From a virus (Duplodnaviria > Caudoviricetes): 32,696 bases of DNA. Below, piece after piece: positions 7,810 to 16,494 of the stretch. The notes below the pieces were generated by a model. That model saw only the letters and a program-made list of their open reading frames with translations, was not told where the DNA came from and made no database searches. Both the position numbers and the translations under genes were made by a program. The stretch is taken from IMG/VR virus record IMGVR_UViG_3300044475_000307, positions 1 through 32,696 of that record; one strand, 5' to 3'. Every line of letters starts with the position of its first letter. The first letter of the stretch is position 1.

Positions 7810-8163
7810 ATGGTGATGATCAAAGGGATTTCAGTATCGGCGCTGCTCGTCCTAACCCTGGCCGTGGCTGCTTGTGGTGCTGATGAGCAGGTGCAAAGGA
7901 TTTCGAGCAACGGCTATAGCGGGCTTTGGCCGTTCACTGTCGACTCAGTAGATCTGATGTGTGAGGGACCATCACCGAAAGCGTTGGCAAGAACGTCTGA
8001 TGGGACGGTGTATGCACTCAACGGTAGTGCCCGCAGCGCCGCGAAAGAGCGCGGTTGGGCTGATGGCCAACTCATTACCAAACCTAACCCTTCATTCCCT
8101 GGAGCGAAGATGGACTACAGCGACATTGTCCAGCTCGCCCAGGCGCTGTGTGGAAAAGCGTAG
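7810..8163 (+). CDS. Lipoprotein, DUF2511/YebY-like
   Basis: Signal peptide with lipobox VAA-C; WPFTVDSVDLMC..YALNG motif and a C-terminal Cys; starts 3 nt after the repressor stop. Confidence 0.75.
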   Translation: MVMIKGISVSALLVLTLAVAACGADEQVQRISSNGYSGLWPFTVDSVDLMCEGPSPKALARTSDGTVYALNGSARSAAKERGWADGQLITKPNPSFPGAKMDYSDIVQLAQALCGKA

Positions 8164-8293
8164 GCCAATCTCCGAATGCTGTTCGTAGGGCTGGTGACAC
8201 ACCGATTCATGCTGAAAATCACTCATACCCCCGGGTACTTGGTCGGCGCCGAGGTTGGTGTCGGGTACCCGAACGTGTTGAATGGAGTGACAC

Positions 8294-8455
8294 ATGTCGG
8301 TGATGAAAGAGGTACAGCGCAACCAGTCCGAAAAAGTCGAGCAGCTTGAACTGAATCAGCGCGAACGGATGATCGTGCAGATGTTCCGGCGGCTTGACCA
8401 GCAAAGTCAGGGCGACATCCTTCGATTTCTCGATGCGCTGCTGATACCTAAGTAG
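8294..8455 (+). CDS. 53-aa protein resembling the repressor C-terminal helices (not in the ORF track)
   Basis: GGAG RBS at 8284-8287; MSVMKEVQRNQSEKVEQLELNQRERMIVQMFRRLDQQSQGDILRFLDALLIPK*. Confidence 0.75.
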   Translation: MSVMKEVQRNQSEKVEQLELNQRERMIVQMFRRLDQQSQGDILRFLDALLIPK

Positions 8456-8527
8456 ATGAAGAGCCCGGCCAGGCGCCGGGTACAAGATTTATGTGTTGTG
8501 CTGGTAAATCAAGGTTGCGGGGAAGTT

Positions 8528-9397
8528 ATGGACGAAATTGTACCACTCACAAGTAAGCACAAGCCTCTTGTTTTCACGTGGCTTTTTTGGCTTGCAGTAT
8601 TGTTGCCAGTTGTGCTTGGCATGGTTTTGGGTTTGTTTATTGGCTTTTCAAGTGAGCTTGGAAGTCTATGTTTTCGGGCTGACTGTGTTCAGGTCTTTTT
8701 TAATACATTCAAATTCCCGATTGCAATAATGGGCTTGGCTCTGCCGTTGGTCGCAATGGTGGCAGCTATTCATCGTTCAAATGAGGCTGCGCTACAAATA
8801 AAGATCACCTCTGCTCAATACGGTGAAGCTATTGTTAATAATAGGTTTGGCAATTACTTGAAGCATAGGGAGGGCTTTGAGAAGCTGATTGGTAGCTACT
8901 GCGCCAATAGTGTTCACGGTTCTGAGTGTAAAATTGAGGTCAGGATGGGGAGCCTGTACGGGCGGCTATTTCCTGAAAGTGGTTTCAATAATGTACGTTG
9001 GACTGGTCAATGTGATGCTAGCCGACTTGAGCTAGGCGTGATGTGCGCTAAAATTATTATGCATGAAGCGAAGGCTGCCAAGGAGGAGTTTAACTGTTAT
9101 GCCCTTATTAAATCTATTGATGCTTTGCTAAGGCTGTTTCAGATTAATTATTATCCGTGCAAATCTGTTAGCGTGGACTCGGAAGAGGAAGGGGGTAGTG
9201 TGACGGCAGTTATCCCCGGTTATGACTCCGTTCCGAAGTCTTTGGTTTATGCTGCTTCTGATTGCTTCTCAATACTTGCTCTGTTTAGGAGTTATGTCGG
9301 GGTGAATAATTCCGATGATTTGGATTTGAGGGGCTGCATTGAGAGCCTATACGATAATGTGCGGTGGGAGTTATCGAAGCAAGAGTTTGAGGGGTAG
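8528..9397 (+). CDS. Accessory membrane protein of unknown function (two N-terminal TM helices + soluble domain)
   Basis: 289 aa from ATG 8528. Hydrophobic segments WLFWLAVLLPVVLGMVLGLFIG and FPIAIMGLALPLVAMVAAI. Visibly AT-richer than the flanking genes. Confidence 0.8.
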   Translation: MDEIVPLTSKHKPLVFTWLFWLAVLLPVVLGMVLGLFIGFSSELGSLCFRADCVQVFFNTFKFPIAIMGLALPLVAMVAAIHRSNEAALQIKITSAQYGEAIVNNRFGNYLKHREGFEKLIGSYCANSVHGSECKIEVRMGSLYGRLFPESGFNNVRWTGQCDASRLELGVMCAKIIMHEAKAAKEEFNCYALIKSIDALLRLFQINYYPCKSVSVDSEEEGGSVTAVIPGYDSVPKSLVYAASDCFSILALFRSYVGVNNSDDLDLRGCIESLYDNVRWELSKQEFEG

Positions 9398-9431
9398 TGA
9401 TTGTTCCAGATTTTGATGCGCAGGATGTATT

Positions 9432-10691
9432 TTATTTCCTTGCTTCAGTAATTCGGTTCCATTCACGATTTACCGCTCTCTGCGCACTGCTCTTGCTGGC
9501 GTAGAGATGGGTGAGCCGCTGTGGATTGGTCTGATCCCCAGCCGTGACGGTCTTTTGCTTTCCGTCCTTTTCATCACGATAGGTTGCGGTAACGCCCGTG
9601 TAGTCGACGCTCTTCTCGACCAGGTCTTCGATGTCGTCTTGGTCGGGCAACTTGGATTCCAGGTCCAGGCTGGTGGTGAAACTATCGGGAGTAAAACTGT
9701 GACGCAGATTGCCTCCCAACCAGACGATGGCGCCGATTTCGGCCTTGACCCCATAGAGGCTGTACGTCTGATCAGGCGTCAAATCCGGTCGGCCTTTGGC
9801 CAGGGTGTAGCTCAGTATGGCGGTACCGCGCTGCAGGCGCTTCAGCTCGGCTCGGGCCGCCTGCAACGCGCTGGTCTGGTCGGTGTAGCTGTGCCGCAGC
9901 TCCTTGAGGTTGTCGCCGCTACCGGCGATGGCCTCCTTCTTTTCGGCGCTGTTGATCTCGTAGTAATACGCCTTTACCCCGGTGTAGCTGTCACGGTCGG
10001 CCTGCAGGAATCGATGCTGGTCACCGTCTGCGCGTGTCAACAGCACATGCGGCAGGGCCTTACCGCTGGCGGTGGTGCTCTTGCCCGCCGGCATGAACAG
10101 GAGCCGCCCAGCCTTCACTGCTGAGATCGCGTCATGCTCCTGGCCCAGGCGGGTCAGCAGGTTGGCATCGCTTTCGTTGGCCTGGTCCAGGTGCACCAGC
10201 TGGATCGCCGCGAGTAACGGGCTGATCACCGCCTGCAGGCCGTGGGCGGCGGCGATCGCACCGATTACGGTGCCCAGAACGGTGCCGCTCCAGCTGCGTT
10301 CACGTTTGGTCTTGAGGCCGCCGCGTAGGTCCGCACTGCGGGCGCGGATGCTGAGGGTGTCCGGGGCGCCGCTGTGCTCGGTTTCGTCGACGGTGAAGCT
10401 GCCCTTGTCGACCAGGCCCGTATCACTCCAGCCCAGCCATAGCCGGACGGTGGCACCGCGTGGCGGAATGGCCAGCAGGCCGTCGTGATCGCTGAGGTTG
10501 ATGTCGAGCTGGTCCGCTTCCATGCCACGGTTGTCAGTCAACTCGATGCTGATTAGGCGCTTCTCGATCGCGTTGGTGATGTCCTGGCCATTGACCACCA
10601 CCCGGCAGATCGGTTGCGGGTAAGCGGTAGCTTTGCGGTATTGACCGGCCGCGTCCTGGAGCAGGTTCTCGGCCTGTTCCAGGAGACTCAC
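9432..10691 (-). CDS. gpD: P2 gpD-like late control/baseplate hub protein
   Basis: LTDNRGMEADQLDI, GSFTVDETEHSGAPD and DQANESDANLLTRL motifs; synteny. Confidence 0.93.
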   Translation of the reverse strand: MSLLEQAENLLQDAAGQYRKATAYPQPICRVVVNGQDITNAIEKRLISIELTDNRGMEADQLDINLSDHDGLLAIPPRGATVRLWLGWSDTGLVDKGSFTVDETEHSGAPDTLSIRARSADLRGGLKTKRERSWSGTVLGTVIGAIAAAHGLQAVISPLLAAIQLVHLDQANESDANLLTRLGQEHDAISAVKAGRLLFMPAGKSTTASGKALPHVLLTRADGDQHRFLQADRDSYTGVKAYYYEINSAEKKEAIAGSGDNLKELRHSYTDQTSALQAARAELKRLQRGTAILSYTLAKGRPDLTPDQTYSLYGVKAEIGAIVWLGGNLRHSFTPDSFTTSLDLESKLPDQDDIEDLVEKSVDYTGVTATYRDEKDGKQKTVTAGDQTNPQRLTHLYASKSSAQRAVNREWNRITEARK

Positions 10692-11128
10692 AGCACACCT
10701 CGCAGCAAGCTGCCTGCACTACCCACCAACGATCCCAGCAGATCAACGCGGCCATCGTCGATGCGCGTCAGCTTGAGAGTGAACTCGATCCGGCGGGCGG
10801 CACCGTCGGGGAAAAACACGGTGCGTGTGTCGCTGAGCGACTCGATCACCCACAGGCCGTAGATCCTCCCGGTGCCCTCTACCAAGGGCCAGGCCTTGCC
10901 GGTGTCGCCCATCATGCGCAAGGCATCGAGGCTCAACTGGCTGCCGGTGAGTCCGGGCAACAGCACGCCGGGCAAGGTGATGCTGTCATCACCCCGGCCT
11001 AGAAACTGCCGCGCCGGGTTGGTACCGATACGCGAGATGCTGGCGTGACGCCAGTCGGTCTGGCGTTGAAACTCCTGGTACGCAAGGGTTTCCAGGCTGA
11101 ACACGAACATGCCGAGGGCCATCATCAT
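10688..11128 (-). CDS. gpU: P2 gpU-like tail protein
   Basis: MMMALGMFVF..YQEFQRQTDWRH..QFLGRG..RRIEFTL. Confidence 0.93.
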   Translation of the reverse strand: MMMALGMFVFSLETLAYQEFQRQTDWRHASISRIGTNPARQFLGRGDDSITLPGVLLPGLTGSQLSLDALRMMGDTGKAWPLVEGTGRIYGLWVIESLSDTRTVFFPDGAARRIEFTLKLTRIDDGRVDLLGSLVGSAGSLLRGVL

Positions 11129-11134
11129 GGCGGG

Positions 11135-14107
11135 TTACTCCCAATCGGACAGCGCGCTACGGCTGCGCGCTTGGTTGGTGCGTTGGATTTTGGCTACTTC
11201 GGCCGCCACCAGGCGGGCCAGGGCCTGCTCATCCATCCCTGCGGCCGGGTAGATGTTGAAGACCATGGGCGCGGCTTGACTGCTGGCTCCGGCCGCCTGC
11301 CCGCCACCCGGCGTCGCGGACAGCGGTGGACGGTTGTCCACGGCGATGCCCTGGGCGCTGGCGCCGATGGCGAACGCACCAGCATCGGTGAGCTGCTTGC
11401 TCAGGCTGTTCACAGCACCCAGCGGCCCGCCCTGGTTGTCCTTCAAGCCCTGCTCGAGACCGGCCATGGTGAATCCGCCCAATTCGGCGAACACCCGGGA
11501 GGGGGAGTGGATACCGAGCTTTTCCTTGAACCAGCCGATCGTTGATTCCCCGGCGCCGCTGATGGCCGCCTTGACGGCACCGAGCTTGTTGGTGATGCCG
11601 TTGATCAAGCCGTCAATGAGCATGCCGCCGAAGCCGGTGAACTGGGTCGGCAGCTCGACGCCGAAGTAATTCATCACCGCCGCGAAGGCGCTGTAGAACA
11701 TGCCGATCGGGCTGAAGTTGGTGATCAAGCTGAGGATGCCGGTCAGCCCTGAGTTGAACCCAGCCTGGATCTGGGTCCATAGGCCGAGGAAGAACGCCTT
11801 CACCGGCTCCCAGTTCGTGTAGATGAGATAGGCTGCGGCAGCGATCGCGGCGACGGCCAGACCGATCGGGTTCATCAGCAGTGCGCGACCGATGAACAGC
11901 ACCGCCTTGCCAACCCAGAGCAGGGCGGTGCCCAGGCCTTTGAAAGCCGTCACGGCGCCGAGGCTCTTGATGCCGAGCAGGGTCATGGCATAGCGCACCA
12001 AGGCGAACGGGCCGAGCATGCTGGCCAGCATGATGGAAATGCCACCGCCTGCAGCCAGCAAAATGGCCAGCCCAGCGGCAGTTTTGAAAATGGCCGCGGT
12101 CAAAGCAGGGTTGGCGCTTACCCATTCTTTGACTTTGACTGCGACACCGCCGATGCCGTTGATGAGCTCCTTGAGCTGAGGTGCGATGGTGGCGCCGATC
12201 TCCGCCATGGCATTCGTCCAGCTGCCCTGGGCGGCTTCGATGGTGTTGGTCAGGGTGCCGAGCTGCTCGTTAACGCGAGCGCGCAGGTCGGCCTGGTTCT
12301 GCAGCTTCTGTTCTACCTCCTGGTAGCCTGCCAGCCCCTTGTTCATCATGGTGTTGAGTACCGTCATGGTCTCGGAGTCGTCACCGAACAAGTCCTTGAT
12401 TACGGCAGTGCGGTCCTCATCGTTCAGGACCTTGAGTTTCTCGATCTGGGCATAGAGGTTTTCAAGCCCGGCGAAGTTGCCGTCCTGTTTGGTGAAGTTG
12501 AGCTGGATCCCGCGTTTACTCAGGGCCGCGTTCTTGTTGACGTCTTCGACGCCGTCCTTATTCAGGCCGGCCTGGAAAATCTTGCGATAAGCGTTACCCG
12601 CTGCGCCGCCCTCCATGCCGGCCTGGTCCATCATCACCAGCAAGGGGCCGAGCTCTTTGGCCGCGTCGATGCCCGACTTCTTGATGATGTCCATGACCGG
12701 GGCGATTTTGCTGAAGCCCTGGAGCATGTTGGTCGGATCTACGCCGTTGTAGAAACCGCGCTGGATCGTATCCATCAGCGCCATCATGTCTTTTTCCGAA
12801 GTGCGGGTCGCATCCTGCATCTTGGCTGCGAACTCGGCCGCTTCCTCCACCGGCATTTTCAGCTGAACGCCCAAGTACGCCGCCGCCTCTCCGGTACCGC
12901 CAAGGATGCTCTGTGCGCTCAGGCCCTGGCGGCGCAACATGGTCATCATGTTCTGGAAGTCGGCGGTGGTACCCGGCAAGCGGTCGCCCAAGCTGGTGGC
13001 CAGATCGCTGATCTTCTTGAAGTCTGCGGAGACCTGGCCGGTGCCGTCCATCATGGAGACTTTCAGCTGGGTGGCCGCGTCTTCGGCCGGGGCAAAGGCA
13101 TCCACCATGCCCTGCAGCGGTCTGGACATGGCGTAGCCGCTGGCCAATCCCGCCGCGCCGCCCGCCGCCATGCTGCCGGCCAGTGCCTGCGACTTCTCGA
13201 AGCTCTGTTTTGCTGCCGCCATCTGCCGCTGCTGGGCAGCCAGCCGCTTGAGCCGGGCCTCTTGCTCCCCCATTGCCTGGGTGGTGCTGGCGATGGACTG
13301 GCGCAGCTGGCGTTCGCCATCGCTGAGGCTTTTGGTGCTGATGCCGGCGGCGCGCAGCTTATCCCGTAGTCCCTGAAGTGCCTGAGCTTGTGCGCTGTGC
13401 TTGGCCTTGAGTGCCTGGGCCTCGCGCACGGCGGTGCGATAGTCCTGGTTGAGCCCCTGCATGGGGGCTCGGGCTTCCTGGAGCTGGTTGGACAGCTCTG
13501 ATAGGCGCTCTTTTTGCTGGCGGGCACTGCTGGCACTGGTGCGGTGTTGCTGCTGGAGGTCTTTCTGTTCCGCGCTCAGCCGGCGCACTGTCTCCAGCTG
13601 GGCCTGCTGCTGGGTGACCAGGGCGGCATACTCGTTGCGCAGCTTTTGCGTGGGCTGGGCGGTACTACCGATTTGCTGGCCGAGTTCGCGAATGCGCTTG
13701 CGGTTGTCTTGCCAGACCTGGTTGGCCGCCCGAGCTTGCTCTCGGGTTTGACGTAGCTGCTGGGTCAGCGCCTTGTGCTGGGTATCGAGCGCAGCTGTTT
13801 CTCCCTTCAACTGGTCATAGCTGGTCTGTAGCGGGCGGACTGTCTTCTCATGGGCCATCAACGCAGCAGATAGCTGGCTTACCCGATCGCGGCTGGTCTT
13901 CATGGCGGCGGCTTGCTCAAGGCTGGCAGCCTTGGCCTGTCGGAAACTGGAGACGTCCGCCTGGGTGGCCTGCAGTTGCTTGAGCTTGTCACGGGACTGC
14001 TTGAGCGCCTGGCCGAGGCCAACGCTGCCCTGGGTGATGGCGCGGATGGGGCGGGTGGCGCGGTCAATGGCCTGGAGCACCACTTCCATCTTCAGGTCAT
14101 TTGCCAT
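11135..14107 (-). CDS. gpT: Tail tape measure protein
   Basis: 990-aa Ala/Gln-rich helical protein with NPIGL and GIHSPSRVFAELG motifs, between E and U. Confidence 0.95.
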   Translation of the reverse strand: MANDLKMEVVLQAIDRATRPIRAITQGSVGLGQALKQSRDKLKQLQATQADVSSFRQAKAASLEQAAAMKTSRDRVSQLSAALMAHEKTVRPLQTSYDQLKGETAALDTQHKALTQQLRQTREQARAANQVWQDNRKRIRELGQQIGSTAQPTQKLRNEYAALVTQQQAQLETVRRLSAEQKDLQQQHRTSASSARQQKERLSELSNQLQEARAPMQGLNQDYRTAVREAQALKAKHSAQAQALQGLRDKLRAAGISTKSLSDGERQLRQSIASTTQAMGEQEARLKRLAAQQRQMAAAKQSFEKSQALAGSMAAGGAAGLASGYAMSRPLQGMVDAFAPAEDAATQLKVSMMDGTGQVSADFKKISDLATSLGDRLPGTTADFQNMMTMLRRQGLSAQSILGGTGEAAAYLGVQLKMPVEEAAEFAAKMQDATRTSEKDMMALMDTIQRGFYNGVDPTNMLQGFSKIAPVMDIIKKSGIDAAKELGPLLVMMDQAGMEGGAAGNAYRKIFQAGLNKDGVEDVNKNAALSKRGIQLNFTKQDGNFAGLENLYAQIEKLKVLNDEDRTAVIKDLFGDDSETMTVLNTMMNKGLAGYQEVEQKLQNQADLRARVNEQLGTLTNTIEAAQGSWTNAMAEIGATIAPQLKELINGIGGVAVKVKEWVSANPALTAAIFKTAAGLAILLAAGGGISIMLASMLGPFALVRYAMTLLGIKSLGAVTAFKGLGTALLWVGKAVLFIGRALLMNPIGLAVAAIAAAAYLIYTNWEPVKAFFLGLWTQIQAGFNSGLTGILSLITNFSPIGMFYSAFAAVMNYFGVELPTQFTGFGGMLIDGLINGITNKLGAVKAAISGAGESTIGWFKEKLGIHSPSRVFAELGGFTMAGLEQGLKDNQGGPLGAVNSLSKQLTDAGAFAIGASAQGIAVDNRPPLSATPGGGQAAGASSQAAPMVFNIYPAAGMDEQALARLVAAEVAKIQRTNQARSRSALSDWE

Positions 14108-14273
14108 GGGTTTGCTCCCAGCGCGTTATGGCCCGCTCGCGCCATTCCATCAGATCGGAAAGGGACAGCGGATCCATGTCCGCCGGCCCCCAGTGAAAGA
14201 CAATGGCCAGGTCGGCCATCGCCTCATCTACGCAACGAGGGCAGCTTCCCTGTCCGACTTCTTCAGCAAAAAA
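14097..14273 (-). CDS. gpE' extension (-1 frameshift partner of gpE)
   Basis: The -1 frame reads MADLAIVFHWGPADMDPLSLSDLMEWRERA, typical of gpE'. It is entered from the slippery site T-TTT-TTG at 14267-14273. Confidence 0.85.
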   Translation of the reverse strand, partial: FFAEEVGQGSCPRCVDEAMADLAIVFHWGPADMDPLSLSDLMEWRERAITRWEQTHGK

Positions 14274-14554
14274 CTGCCGACCGCCACGCCGCACTGGAGC
14301 AGGTCGGCGGGGTCCATGCGACCGATCTCGATGTCGGTGAGGGAGGGGCTGGTGATGCGTGGCAGGACCTTGCGCAGTGCCTGTACGTCCATGTTGGCCA
14401 GATCGACCAGGCTGACGCCGCGCAGTTCGCCGCTCATGGGCTTGCGCAGGATGAGGGTGTCAATTTGGGTCTCGCCACGGATGATCGGCGTGTCCAGGGC
14501 GATGGTTTCTTCGTTGAGGTTCTTCGCAGGTACTGCGGTTTCGGTGGTTTTCAT
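14228..14554 (-). CDS. gpE: Tail assembly chaperone gpE
   Basis: LDTPIIRG..LRKPMSGELRGVSL..LPRITSP..MDPADL motifs. Confidence 0.92.
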   Translation of the reverse strand: MKTTETAVPAKNLNEETIALDTPIIRGETQIDTLILRKPMSGELRGVSLVDLANMDVQALRKVLPRITSPSLTDIEIGRMDPADLLQCGVAVGSFLLKKSDREAALVA

Positions 14555-14608
14555 GCGATTGCTCCTTGGTGATTAGGGGTCCACCGGCGGTACCGGCGGC
14601 AGAGGGTG

Positions 14609-15124
14609 TTAGATGCCCAGAGCCTTGCGGTGGGCTTCGAGAAGGTCTTTTCCATCAACCGCGTAGATGAAGTTGAGCAGGTCGATTTCGACGATGTCCT
14701 CGCCGTCAACGGTGAGCTTGTAGTAGGTGAGGGCGGTGGTGATCTTGTGCTCGGTGTCTTCGCCAGGCTCGGCATCGCCGAAGTCCACCTCTTCGTGACG
14801 GCCACGGGTGACAATTTCCACCGCGCTGACTTCGCCGGTGTCATCACGCTGCACTGACGCAGTGAAGCGCAGCTGTACACCGTCCGCCTTCACCGCACCG
14901 AACTGGCGCAGGGCAATCAGGTCCCAGCCACCGAGGGTCCATTCCAGCTGCAGACCGTCATCACTGTGGCCCAGGTCGACCTTGACCGGGCCTTCCATAC
15001 CGCCGCCACGATAGGTCTCGAACTTGCGGCCGAGGGTGGGCAGGGTGACCGACTTGGCCACGCCCAGGTAGCTGTTGCCGTCGTTGAACAGGTTGAGGTG
15101 CTTGAGTTTCTTGGGCAGGGCCAT
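14609..15124 (-). CDS. gpFII: Major tail tube protein FII
   Basis: MALPKKLKHLNLFNDG..YRGGGM..IDLLN..HRKALGI. Confidence 0.96.
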   Translation of the reverse strand: MALPKKLKHLNLFNDGNSYLGVAKSVTLPTLGRKFETYRGGGMEGPVKVDLGHSDDGLQLEWTLGGWDLIALRQFGAVKADGVQLRFTASVQRDDTGEVSAVEIVTRGRHEEVDFGDAEPGEDTEHKITTALTYYKLTVDGEDIVEIDLLNFIYAVDGKDLLEAHRKALGI

Positions 15125-15171
15125 GGTCGGGCTCTCCTACGGCGCGGCCGGGGGCGCGCGGGCAAATGGGA

Positions 15172-16344
15172 TCAGGCGTTGACGGCGGCAGCGAACTGCA
15201 CCAGGTGACGGTCGGTGATGCGCTGGCGCAGCAGCAAGTTCTCCAGCGGCGGGACCGGGGTGTAGTCGTAGTCCAGGTACAGCTTGCCGGCCTTGAGGGT
15301 GTCCTTGTCGTTGGCCGCCTCGTCGTACCAGCACTCGCCGCCCAGCAGATAGCCATTGCGCACCAGCTCGCGCAGCTTGGCGTTGATGCCTTCGACGATG
15401 TCGCGCACCAGGCTCGGGTGCATCGGCTTGTCCACCGCCCAGAAGTGCGCCTCGGCCATGGTGTCGGCCAGTACCTGCGCCGAGCGGGTGTAGTTCTCGA
15501 AGGCGAACAGCGGGTCGTCGGAGCAGGTGCGCGAGCCCCAGAAACGGAAACCATCCCGGCGTATCAGGGTGGTGACCTCGTCGGCGTTCAGCAGGCCGGC
15601 GTCGGTGGCCGGGCTCTGCAGGTCGAAGAAGATGTCCTTGGACAGGCCCGACACACCGTTGACCGGTACGTTGGATAGGGTCTTGTGCCAGCCGACCTGC
15701 TCGTCGAGCTTGGCGCGCAGGCCCAGGGCTCTTGCTACGGCAGCGGCCGGTTGCTCGCTGCTGGTGACGGTGTCCCAGTTGATGAAGTCGGGCCAGATGA
15801 GCATCAGTTCGCGAGCACCGAAGCCTTGGCGGTAGGCCAGGGCCTCGGAGACAGTTTGGCAGTCGAAGCAGTTGGCATAGGCGAAGCCCCGCAGTTTCTG
15901 GGCGATGGCCACCAGCTCGGTGGTCACGGCCAGGTTGTCCAGGCCCGGTATGCCGAGGATGCGCGGCTTGACGCCGAGCTGGGCTTCAGCGGCCAACAGC
16001 GCCTTGAGCCCGGTGTATTGGCCCGTGGGGGTGACACCGCCGACAATGTTGGTGGTGGTTTCCGCTTCGCTGGTGCCTTCGGCCACCCGTACCACAACGG
16101 TGACAGGGCTGGCCTGGTCGGCAATGGCGTCCAGGCTCTTGGCCAGGGTGCCGGCTTCACCGGCCTTTCCGGAGGCCGTCAGCACGTCGGTCAGCAGGAC
16201 GGGCTTGTTGAGCGGGAAAACAGTGGCGTCTGCGTCGCTGGCAGTGCAGACCATGCCAACCACAGCAGTGGCGACAGTACGGATTGGGCGGGTGCCCTCG
16301 TTGATTTCGAGGACGCGAACGCCGTGGTGATAATCGGTTGCCAT
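15172..16344 (-). CDS. gpFI: Tail sheath protein FI
   Basis: [35 protein letters not shown] and [10 protein letters not shown] motifs. Confidence 0.97.
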   Translation of the reverse strand: MATDYHHGVRVLEINEGTRPIRTVATAVVGMVCTASDADATVFPLNKPVLLTDVLTASGKAGEAGTLAKSLDAIADQASPVTVVVRVAEGTSEAETTTNIVGGVTPTGQYTGLKALLAAEAQLGVKPRILGIPGLDNLAVTTELVAIAQKLRGFAYANCFDCQTVSEALAYRQGFGARELMLIWPDFINWDTVTSSEQPAAAVARALGLRAKLDEQVGWHKTLSNVPVNGVSGLSKDIFFDLQSPATDAGLLNADEVTTLIRRDGFRFWGSRTCSDDPLFAFENYTRSAQVLADTMAEAHFWAVDKPMHPSLVRDIVEGINAKLRELVRNGYLLGGECWYDEAANDKDTLKAGKLYLDYDYTPVPPLENLLLRQRITDRHLVQFAAAVNA

Positions 16345-16392
16345 GTGGCGGCTCCTGCGCAGGATCGCAATTCAGTGAGCCCTGAGATTGAT

Positions 16393-16443
16393 GCGCGCGC
16401 GCAGAAGCTGCGAGCTTGGCGAGCTGTAGGAGCCAGGCTTACA
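16393..16443 (-). promoter_or_regulatory. Late promoter of the FI operon (putative Ogr site + GC tract)
   Basis: TGTAGG-agccaggc-TTACA (16425-16443) and (GC)5 at 16393-16402. The same motif recurs before V and between O and P. Confidence 0.75.
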
Positions 16444-16452
16444 AGCCCGAAC

Positions 16453-16478
16453 AAAAAGGCCCCGCCGAAGCGAGGCCT
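16453..16478 (-). terminator. Rho-independent terminator after the tailspike gene
   Basis: Minus strand AGGCCTCGC-TTCG-GCGGGGCCT-TTTT. Confidence 0.85.
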
Positions 16479-16494
16479 ACCAGGAGCCCAAAGG

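Noticed and set aside
8179-8194. Possible LexA box (CTGTTCGTAGGGCTGG) upstream of the 53-aa ORF
   Set aside because: The right half-site is not CAG and the spacer is not AT-rich.
16345-16494. Tail-fibre inversion system or diversity-generating retroelement
   Set aside because: No invertase, reverse transcriptase, second fibre end or TR/VR repeat pair is visible.
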